Below, one piece after another: positions 56,224 to 64,000 of a stretch of 64,000 nucleotides of DNA. Each line of letters begins with the position of its first letter. Positions within the stretch are counted from its first letter, which is position 1. Origin of the DNA: a virus. The DNA is taken from the IMG/VR virus record IMGVR_UViG_3300047472_000155, positions 102,839 to 166,838 of that record; one strand, given 5' to 3'. The notes below the pieces were generated by a model. That model was not told the DNA's origin and did not search any database. It saw only the letters and a program-made list of their open reading frames with translations. The position numbers and the translations under genes are program-made.

Positions 56224-58032
56224 TTACGCTACTCTGATAATGCTTGCATGTGTATAATTATCATTGTTACTAATTGTTGCGGCGGCTGAAGAATTAACAT
56301 AAAACTCAACCGTATTCCCTTTCGCTATTCCTATCTGATATGTGCATGAAACAGTCCCTCCAGCAATTCCTGCTAGTATTGTCCCATCTCCCGTTTGAGC
56401 ATTTATACCGCCGTTAATTGCAATGTAGCCTAATAGCCTGTTGTTATATGCCGAAGCGGCGAAATCAATCCCCACGCGCAGTGACACTAAATATACGCCG
56501 TCTTCGGGGATTATAAATTTTGAATTCGGCAGATCACATATTCCTTTTTGATTGGCATATGTATTTAAAAATAGAATCTTGGTCACGGTATATGCCGCTA
56601 TGCTCTGTGTCGCCGTTGCTAATGACCTTGATAATTCTCCGCTGGCACGTAGACTACTTGTATTATCTCCCCATGGGTTAAGCACGCCAGAGGTTATTGT
56701 ACCCCCGGCTATACTCTCTGGCGTTGTGCCAGTTATGGTATTTGCAAATTTCGTGAGAAGCGCCCCGTTTTGGGAACTGATGCCAACCGTATTACCTGTG
56801 CCGCCAGTGTAAACAATGTCCACCTGTGAAGAAATGTCAACGACTATGCCTATGTTTTTATTGCTGAACACGCAATTTGCTATGCCGCCCACGGAAAAGT
56901 AAACAATAACCCCATAGTTTGCAGAGGTCGCGACAATGGCTTGACAACTGTTGAGGCGGAATCCAACACACCGATTAATGGTGAACGCCGTGACGGTTGT
57001 TGTAGTGGCTGCAAAACCGACTACAGTAACCAATCCAAAGTTTGAATGCTGTTCCATACTGTTGATCTTAACTGACTGAGGACTAGCCTCATTTCCCGTA
57101 ATTTGAAGCCCGCCGCCAGCTCCGCATTTAAACCCTCTAACAGAAAGGTCTTCGGCATATGTGCCGTCCGCAACATAAACGAAAACGGTATTGTTAATGA
57201 TCTTAGGAATCATATTAATTGCTTTTTGAATCGTTTTAAATGCTCCACCTGCCGTATCGTAAAGACCTGTGTTGCTATCACTTCCATCGGTTCGCACATA
57301 ATATGTGATGTCTGCAGTTGTCTTATCTTTCTCTGGATTAAGAACTCCTGATGTAAGTGTCCCATTAACAATAGCCTCTGGCGTTGTGCCAGTTATGGTA
57401 CTTTCAGTCTTCGTTGTAAATGATCCATCATTCGAACCTACGCCTATGACATTACCTGTTCCGCTAACATATCCTATAGTAACTTGCGAACTAGTACTAA
57501 TATTTACACCTACACTTCTATTGCTATATATCCCTCCCGAAATAACTCCAGTTGAGAAGTAAACTGTTACTCCAGTAAAAGAAGCTGCTGCTAAAACTTG
57601 GCAGAAGTTGAGTCTAAATCCTACACAACGATTAATTATAATCCCATCAGTTGTTGTTGTTGTTGCGGTTAATCCAACTATTCCCAATGCTCCGAAACAT
57701 GAATGTATGTATATGCTATTAACCTTTACCAATGTTGCATTTGCTTCGTTGCCTGTTAAAGTAAATGATGCGAAATTACCATTACTCATTCCTCCAATTT
57801 CAAGTCCATTAATCTTCAAATCTTCTGCATATGTTCCGTCTGCAATTATAATATTAACAATGTGATTAATTACTCTTGGAACTGAGTCAATTGCCTTTTG
57901 AATTGTCTTAAAGGCTCCTGCTGATGTGTTCGCCAATCCTGTATTGCTATCATCTCCATCAGTGCGAACATAATAGGTTATATCACTAAGTGTAGCGTTA
58001 GCTACACCTAGTCCAGATACTATATTTGTCAT
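56224..58032 (-). CDS. Tail fibre / receptor-binding protein with duplicated beta-helix domain
   Basis: Two copies of DITYYVRTDG.DSNTGL..T..GAFKTIQKAI; C1q-like C-terminus (FIIPEDGVYLV). Confidence 0.75.
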   Translation of the reverse strand: MTNIVSGLGVANATLSDITYYVRTDGDDSNTGLANTSAGAFKTIQKAIDSVPRVINHIVNIIIADGTYAEDLKINGLEIGGMSNGNFASFTLTGNEANATLVKVNSIYIHSCFGALGIVGLTATTTTTDGIIINRCVGFRLNFCQVLAAASFTGVTVYFSTGVISGGIYSNRSVGVNISTSSQVTIGYVSGTGNVIGVGSNDGSFTTKTESTITGTTPEAIVNGTLTSGVLNPEKDKTTADITYYVRTDGSDSNTGLYDTAGGAFKTIQKAINMIPKIINNTVFVYVADGTYAEDLSVRGFKCGAGGGLQITGNEASPQSVKINSMEQHSNFGLVTVVGFAATTTTVTAFTINRCVGFRLNSCQAIVATSANYGVIVYFSVGGIANCVFSNKNIGIVVDISSQVDIVYTGGTGNTVGISSQNGALLTKFANTITGTTPESIAGGTITSGVLNPWGDNTSSLRASGELSRSLATATQSIAAYTVTKILFLNTYANQKGICDLPNSKFIIPEDGVYLVSLRVGIDFAASAYNNRLLGYIAINGGINAQTGDGTILAGIAGGTVSCTYQIGIAKGNTVEFYVNSSAAATISNNDNYTHASIIRVA

Positions 58033-58036
58033 TAAA

Positions 58037-61000
58037 TTACCCCTCTTCTGATATTACTGCTGAAATGTAAACCGAATTTGCAACTGTTGTTTTAGCTACG
58101 ACATTAATTGCGCTAGACGCATTAACCAATAATGTAATTGGAATAAAGTCATAAACATCAATTGGCATTGTATTACTTATTGAATTAACTACACGATTAT
58201 GTGTTCCAGATGCATCAGTGTAATTAATAGTAATAGACACATTTCTAGCAGCAGTACATCTCATATATATTTTTACAGTATAAATAGCTGTTGTTGGTGA
58301 TGTAGGCGCTGTAAATGTCGCTACCACAACCTCAGATGTGATTGCTAGTTGTAAGTCTTTCACGACAGCACGTGTAGCAGCAACTTCTGCAATCTTTCTA
58401 TATTCATCACGTGCTGGGATATTCCAAGCTGTAGAGCTTGAACTTACTTGGAATCCAGATAAGTATTGTGCGTTAAGATTAGCAACCATTACATTGCTTG
58501 CAACTTTTAAAGGTGCAACTGTACTACTAACAAGACCAGATGACAAAACTCCATCAGTAGCAAATCCATGTACGAAAGTAAGTTCAGTTGAAGTATAATC
58601 TGTAGGCAAATTTCCTACTGCTCCATTCGTTAAAAGACTCCATCCTGTTGACCCTATCATGTTGACATTGAAAGAAATAATTGCTTGTGTGGTTTTATAA
58701 ACCTCAAATGCAGCAATGTATCCTGTTGATGTGGCATGATATACAAGTCTCGCTTTTACTATACCGATCGCTGTGTTTGATGATCCAAATGAAATTTGTG
58801 TAATAGAAGGTCCAGATATTCCGGATAACCCTATTTGAATAGTTGCATAACCAGCCACTGAACCAGTAGACCAATTTATTTCAAATGTTGCTGTTTTTTG
58901 ACCAGTGGTAATATCAGTTTCAGCTAGTCTTCTCCACGCTACTCCAGAAGCTATGCCAGAACTGTATGAAGTTGCCGAAGATGCAATGAGACCATACACT
59001 TCCCCTAATGCATTTCTAACTACAACTGTATCTGGAGATGGCATTGTACTTGCATAATGTCCTTCTAACATATGTGCGTTCAAGTTTTCTACAAGAGTAG
59101 TGCTCGAAACGACTAATGGCGCTATGCCCTCTTCTGCTCTTAGAGTTACACTATAAACATCAAAGTCACCATTTTCTCTAAGAGTAAAGGAATTTCCCCA
59201 GTCCCAATCTACATCATTTACAGACAATGATGGTGCAAAAACAAGATCATCTGTTTCGGGATGGTGAATTGTCCAACTCTTGAACCCAGTCTTTTTTGCA
59301 ACTATAGGATAGCTTCCGGTAGTTTCTACTCCAACAAATGTTGGTGTAGCAAAAGTTACTAAATTTTGATTTAAATGATACCCATCAACCATGTCAGCAT
59401 TTAAATTTCCTACAAATACATCGGAGGTAACTATTAAAGGTGCAACTCCTGGTTCTGCTGTTAATCTGAGTCTACGAATTTGCGCATCTCCAAAACCATC
59501 TCTTGCTACAACTGTGTTTGCTGCTACCGTATCTGATGCATGATATCCATCGACCATATCAGCATTTAAATTTGTAACCAAATCACCGTTTGATGTTCCA
59601 CTTCCAATATCATCAAATGTTAGTCTACTGTTTATCCAATTAGTTCCATTATATTTTAATACATGAGATGATGATGGGCTTGTAATTGCTACATCGGCAA
59701 GCTTCGATAATGTAGGAGTTGCCCAAATTGCTGCTCCATCTGATCCGTATTTTAAGAAGTTGTCAGCGCTTCCGCCAGCAGGAATGTGTTTGTTGCCTGC
59801 GGTAGTTGGATGAACATAAACAACATTTTCTGCGCCATCAATTAGAATTTGTCCATTAACTGAACTATGTGACGTTTTATTCGCTTGAACACTAATTGCT
59901 GCCAATTTGTTGAAATCACTAATCGACATTTTACCATCGGCAATTGAAGATGCATTTGGAATCGAATTCGCGGAAACTGGAATCCATTCTGTTCCAGTGT
60001 AACGATAAGTGTAATCCGTATCTTTGACATTTACAGTCCATCCATCTTGCGGATTTGGATACGATGTATCAATATCTGCATATGTGTCTACTGCTACTTT
60101 CCATTCAACATTGGAAGTTGCTTGACTTATAAGCGTATCTATCTCTGCTTTTGTATACTTGTCATTCCAAATTGTTTTAAGCGTAGAACTTATCGCTAAG
60201 TCAGGATTTTGAACCGTTCCAGCAACTACTATATCATCATTGAGTGAAGTGAGACTAACAACAGAACCAGTACCATCGTTACCTTTTAAAGCAAGCAATT
60301 GCCAATATCCAGTGTCCGTTGGCACTTTATTTAGTGCTTGTACTGTACACATATAACTTGAACCATTATATGTTACAACGTTATTAGGATAATACGTTGT
60401 TGAAGCACTATAAACTCCCTTTGATACTGTTCTTTCTACCAATGAATTAGCGGTATCTACTGCGTTGTTTGCATTGGTTGTAGCCGTATTAGCCGCAATC
60501 GTTGCCGCTTCCGTATTGGTCTTAGCTGTGTTTGCCTCTGTCGCTGCGTTATTTGCCAATGTTGCAGCATTAGTTGCTGATGCTGTGGCATCATTAGCAT
60601 TAGTCGTAGCAGTGTTTGCATTAGTTGTTGCGGTATTCGCATTTGTAGTAGCAGTTATTGTAGCAGTGACAATTGCTGAAATATCTAAAATTGGTGCCCA
60701 ATTTGCAACTACACTCAATGCTACATTAAGTGTTGAATCTTTTATACAAAGATACATTTTTTGACTTGTAGAATCAATTACAAAATCTCCGTATTGATAA
60801 GTTATAGATGTGCTATAAACACCCTTCCAATTGAAGGCTACAATCTTTCTCCAATATGTTGTATTTGTTGGCAATGTTCCCAATGTAGTTGTTAAAATAC
60901 ACATGTAAGTGCATCCATTGTAATAAACCATATTTCTAGGCATATAAACTATAGCTGCACTATAGTCTCCCTTGTGAACAAAAGCATCACCAGAATCTTT

Positions 61001-62335
61001 AGCATAATTCCCTTGTGTTTGTGCAAATTCAGCTTGAGCGTTAGCATTCGTAGCTGCATCATTCGCTTCATCTCTAGCTATGTTAGCTAGAGATGTGGCA
61101 ATATCAGCATTGGTCTTAGCAGTATTGGCAGCATCAGCCGCATCATTGGCAGCATCCGTGGCTATATTAGCACTATTAGTTGCTTCGTTTGCTAATTCGG
61201 TAGCTTCATTGGCATTGGTCTTAGCAGTATTAGCAGCATCAGCCGCATCATTAGCATTGATTGTAGCATTATTTGCATTTGTAGTTGCTATGTTTGCAGC
61301 ATCAGCAGCATCATTGGCAGCATCAGTAGCTATATTGGCATTTGTAGTAGCTTCATTGGCGTTATTAGTTGCTGTATTAGCTAAACCTGTTGCTACGTTA
61401 GCAGCATCTCTAGCCGTGTTAGCGTTTGCGGTAGCTGTATTAGCTAAACCTGTTGCAGTATTGGCATTTGTAGTTGCCAAAACTGCAGCGTCTACAACTC
61501 CTTGTACGGTTATCATCTTGTTCCAGTAAGATGTATTTGTTAACAATTGACCAGTATTTGATTCGGAAATTGACATATACAAATTGTAGTTACTAGCATC
61601 AGTCACGAAATCGCCATATGTATAAGCTGTAGCAGAAGCATATGTGCCTTTCCAAACCATGCTACCTATTTTCTTCCAATATGTAACGTTTGTTGGAACA
61701 TTTCCTGTGGTTGTTGCAATTGCCATATATGTAGCACCATTGTAATAAACCATATTTCTAGCAACATATTCCGTTCCAGCAGCATAAGTCCCTTTAAATA
61801 CTAACGAATCCCCAGAGAACTTAGCATAATCTCCCTCTGCTTTTGCATAATCTCCTTGAGCTTTCGCATAATCAGCTTGGGTTATTGCAAGAGCAGTAGC
61901 TGCTTCTGCGTTTGCAATAGCAACAATCAATTGAGCTAACGCATCTAAAGCCTCTACTCCTAAATCAATTATTTGTTGTAACGTTATAGTAACATCTGGA
62001 TTATCATTATGTCCGTATATACGTGAAGCAGGATAAAGGATAAACCCTCTTCCCTTATATGTCATATTTGATATTGTCAAACCTTCTTGCGAAGCATGGA
62101 AGGTAATGATACCGTTTTCATAATTTACAATGAATTGATATGTAGAAGGTGTTCCTTCATAAATTTCTGTGTATCCACTTATAGACACATGAGTAAATTC
62201 ATCTGGAATTTCTGTTAACACTACCATATTGTTTATTACTTTTTGCGATTCTACTTTATCAACGTATGGTTCAGATGAGTCTCCTTTTCTCCATACAATA
62301 CGAATCGGATCATTGTAAATAAAATAATTTTCCAT
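58037..62335 (-). CDS. Long tail fibre with Ala/Asn/Thr coiled coils and repeated aromatic beta modules
   Basis: Heptad A..A..N repeats; five KG.Y....Y...V...Y...YW-type modules; four NLNA.M.DG-type repeats. Confidence 0.8.
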   Translation of the reverse strand: MENYFIYNDPIRIVWRKGDSSEPYVDKVESQKVINNMVVLTEIPDEFTHVSISGYTEIYEGTPSTYQFIVNYENGIITFHASQEGLTISNMTYKGRGFILYPASRIYGHNDNPDVTITLQQIIDLGVEALDALAQLIVAIANAEAATALAITQADYAKAQGDYAKAEGDYAKFSGDSLVFKGTYAAGTEYVARNMVYYNGATYMAIATTTGNVPTNVTYWKKIGSMVWKGTYASATAYTYGDFVTDASNYNLYMSISESNTGQLLTNTSYWNKMITVQGVVDAAVLATTNANTATGLANTATANANTARDAANVATGLANTATNNANEATTNANIATDAANDAADAANIATTNANNATINANDAADAANTAKTNANEATELANEATNSANIATDAANDAADAANTAKTNADIATSLANIARDEANDAATNANAQAEFAQTQGNYAKDSGDAFVHKGDYSAAIVYMPRNMVYYNGCTYMCILTTTLGTLPTNTTYWRKIVAFNWKGVYSTSITYQYGDFVIDSTSQKMYLCIKDSTLNVALSVVANWAPILDISAIVTATITATTNANTATTNANTATTNANDATASATNAATLANNAATEANTAKTNTEAATIAANTATTNANNAVDTANSLVERTVSKGVYSASTTYYPNNVVTYNGSSYMCTVQALNKVPTDTGYWQLLALKGNDGTGSVVSLTSLNDDIVVAGTVQNPDLAISSTLKTIWNDKYTKAEIDTLISQATSNVEWKVAVDTYADIDTSYPNPQDGWTVNVKDTDYTYRYTGTEWIPVSANSIPNASSIADGKMSISDFNKLAAISVQANKTSHSSVNGQILIDGAENVVYVHPTTAGNKHIPAGGSADNFLKYGSDGAAIWATPTLSKLADVAITSPSSSHVLKYNGTNWINSRLTFDDIGSGTSNGDLVTNLNADMVDGYHASDTVAANTVVARDGFGDAQIRRLRLTAEPGVAPLIVTSDVFVGNLNADMVDGYHLNQNLVTFATPTFVGVETTGSYPIVAKKTGFKSWTIHHPETDDLVFAPSLSVNDVDWDWGNSFTLRENGDFDVYSVTLRAEEGIAPLVVSSTTLVENLNAHMLEGHYASTMPSPDTVVVRNALGEVYGLIASSATSYSSGIASGVAWRRLAETDITTGQKTATFEINWSTGSVAGYATIQIGLSGISGPSITQISFGSSNTAIGIVKARLVYHATSTGYIAAFEVYKTTQAIISFNVNMIGSTGWSLLTNGAVGNLPTDYTSTELTFVHGFATDGVLSSGLVSSTVAPLKVASNVMVANLNAQYLSGFQVSSSSTAWNIPARDEYRKIAEVAATRAVVKDLQLAITSEVVVATFTAPTSPTTAIYTVKIYMRCTAARNVSITINYTDASGTHNRVVNSISNTMPIDVYDFIPITLLVNASSAINVVAKTTVANSVYISAVISEEG

Positions 62336-62363
62336 TTAAACAAACCTCCTTTATTATAATATT

Positions 62364-62392
62364 ATTATACCATTTTATCTGTCATTTGTCAA
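62364..62392 (-). promoter_or_regulatory. SigmaA-type promoter with conserved spacer element (tail fibre)
   Basis: Reverse complement TTGACAAATGACAGATAAAATGGTATAAT. Confidence 0.9.
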
Positions 62393-62394
62393 GT

Positions 62395-63999
62395 CTAATA
62401 CACCGTATTCAGACATGCTGTCAATCTATTGATGGCATATGCTGTTAGTTGTTCATTTTGAGAAACCAAAGCTATTTGACCACCAGTTGACCCCATTGGA
62501 TTTATGGCATTTGCCAATTGATTATACAAGGCTGCGGTAATTGTATTTCCAATTGAAACAGATGTAAATGATGTTACGCCTAACGCCTTATAAACTCTAA
62601 ACTCATTAATTCTTGCTTGCAAAGTATTCCAATCACTAGCCAATATAATTACTTGATTACCAGCAACTTTATTTCCACCAGTCCAGTTGAAATCAAGCGG
62701 TCTTGTAAACTCTAAGTAGTTAGAGTAATTCACACTTGTTAATGATCCGACTACCGAATACGCTCTAAATTTATATTGTGCAACAACACTAGATGAAAGA
62801 TTCCAAGCAACTCCTGCTCCACTTGTTGTTACGACTTGTTGGTCAACATAAGCTCCCGCTTGAGTCAATCTTTCAATTACTATTGAGTCAAATGTTGTTC
62901 CAGATAATCCAGCAGTATATATGGAAACCGTTGTTCCGTTGTATGTACCACTAATAGTTGGAGTTTTTGGATTTACAGTAGCATTATTTGTTCCAGAGTA
63001 ACTAGACCAATTGTCTGTATATGCTCTTGCTCTAAAATTGTAAAGCAATCCATAGCTCAAACCAGTTAATGCATAAGATGTTCCAGTTGTTTGCACTGTT
63101 TGCCATACACTATTTACATTTGGCTTAAAGTCGAGTTGATATGCTGTAGCTCCTGAAACCGCTGACCAACTTAGTGTCATTCCACCTTCTGAACGAGCAA
63201 TTGTTACGGGAGCGCTTGGAACTGATCTAAGTGTTGTTATATTCGTCAAGTATGTAGAATAATTTCCAGATACATCTGTTACTCTTACACCAATTGTGTA
63301 GTTTGTATTAGCTGCAAATCCACCCAAATCCAAATAACCAGCACTATAAACCGTGGAACGCTCACTTAAACTTTCAAAGGCAAGATTCCATCCGTAACCA
63401 ACGGAAATCTTATATCCATTTACACCGCTTCCAGAATCACTTGCCGAATAATTTACTCTAATCGTTGTATCAGCTATATTTGTCACACTAGCACTAACTA
63501 CTGGAGGCGTCTCATCCAATGTTCTTACACTTGCTGTACCTGTGCTACCATTACCAACACCATTGTATGGAATAATTTTAATTACATAGTTAAACCATTC
63601 AGCCCCAGCCGTAACTTGATAAGTAGTATATGGCGAAACCTCTCCCAAGTATGTGTCTGTTGATCCGTTATTTAACCATGCTCTATATCCGGTTGCATCA
63701 CTTACGTTTGCATCATTGAATGTATATTGAATAAGTCTACCAGCATAAGCATTGGCATTTACATAAGGTGTTCCAGTAGGTGGAGTTGGTGCAGGATAAA
63801 CGGTGAAATATTGTGTTTGCCCAAGTCCGTTACCACTTCCATTATAAGGAACAACGCTAAATGAATATGATCCTGCAGAAGATACGGTTATAGTTTTGCT
63901 AGTACTTGTAACGTTTCCACTTTGACCATTAGAACAACTCCAAGAATATCCAGTTGCTCCACTTGCAGCAGCCCATGATGCTGTAATGCTTGCATTTGG
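62395..63999 (-). CDS. Fibronectin type III repeat tail protein (5' partial)
   Basis: Frame stays open from 63648 to the window edge; LSWSAVSGATAY...LTGL..G..YNFRARA FN3 patterns. Confidence 0.8.
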   Translation of the reverse strand, partial: PNASITASWAAASGATGYSWSCSNGQSGNVTSTSKTITVSSAGSYSFSVVPYNGSGNGLGQTQYFTVYPAPTPPTGTPYVNANAYAGRLIQYTFNDANVSDATGYRAWLNNGSTDTYLGEVSPYTTYQVTAGAEWFNYVIKIIPYNGVGNGSTGTASVRTLDETPPVVSASVTNIADTTIRVNYSASDSGSGVNGYKISVGYGWNLAFESLSERSTVYSAGYLDLGGFAANTNYTIGVRVTDVSGNYSTYLTNITTLRSVPSAPVTIARSEGGMTLSWSAVSGATAYQLDFKPNVNSVWQTVQTTGTSYALTGLSYGLLYNFRARAYTDNWSSYSGTNNATVNPKTPTISGTYNGTTVSIYTAGLSGTTFDSIVIERLTQAGAYVDQQVVTTSGAGVAWNLSSSVVAQYKFRAYSVVGSLTSVNYSNYLEFTRPLDFNWTGGNKVAGNQVIILASDWNTLQARINEFRVYKALGVTSFTSVSIGNTITAALYNQLANAINPMGSTGGQIALVSQNEQLTAYAINRLTACLNTVY

Positions 64000-64000
64000 C

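Noticed and set aside
56224-58032. Diversity-generating retroelement TR/VR pair
   Set aside because: The two units differ at all base types, both are coding and in frame, and no reverse transcriptase is present
60465-61529. Hydrophobic Ala/Val-rich plus-strand ORFs
   Set aside because: Reverse-frame artefacts of the tail-fibre heptad repeats
291-62392. Repeated element as a CRISPR or mini-array
   Set aside because: Copies are dispersed and degenerate, separated by whole genes, with no regular spacers and no cas genes

Overview
This is a 64 kb AT-rich segment of a large tailed phage (or prophage) of a Bacillota host, probably Bacillales and possibly Paenibacillus-like; the host call is an inference. 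Positions 1-52.0 kb (+ strand) hold an SPbeta-like replication set: SSB-like protein, AAA ATPase, helicase, primase, RecJ and DnaE. They also hold nucleotide metabolism genes (nrdIEF, dut, thioredoxin, thyA, DHFR, gmk, HD nucleotidase), RusA and ClpP, interleaved with dozens of small accessory ORFs. Notable accessory genes are an NAD+ rebuilding operon (NAMPT, NMNAT, Nudix), a small alarmone hydrolase, a GH26-PA14 glycanase, a phosphodiester glycosidase, an orphan DNA methyltransferase and an HNH endonuclease. Positions 52.0-64 kb (- strand) hold late genes: tail fibres, chaperone-like small proteins, the lysis cassette and a beta-helix tail spike. The two arms converge on a bidirectional terminator. 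The most striking unexplained structure is non-coding. (1) An oriented ~20-bp element, ACAAATRNMAGATAAAATGA, occurs about 33 times; 13 copies fill the spacer of a sigmaA-type promoter and several are followed directly by a terminator-like hairpin. (2) Three palindromes TAGATAAAA-N6-TTTTATCTA share its core, and two of them bracket a single gene. (3) A multi-stem RNA leader precedes a dUTPase that carries an extra KOW/SH3-like domain. All protein calls come from motif recognition by eye; no searches were run.
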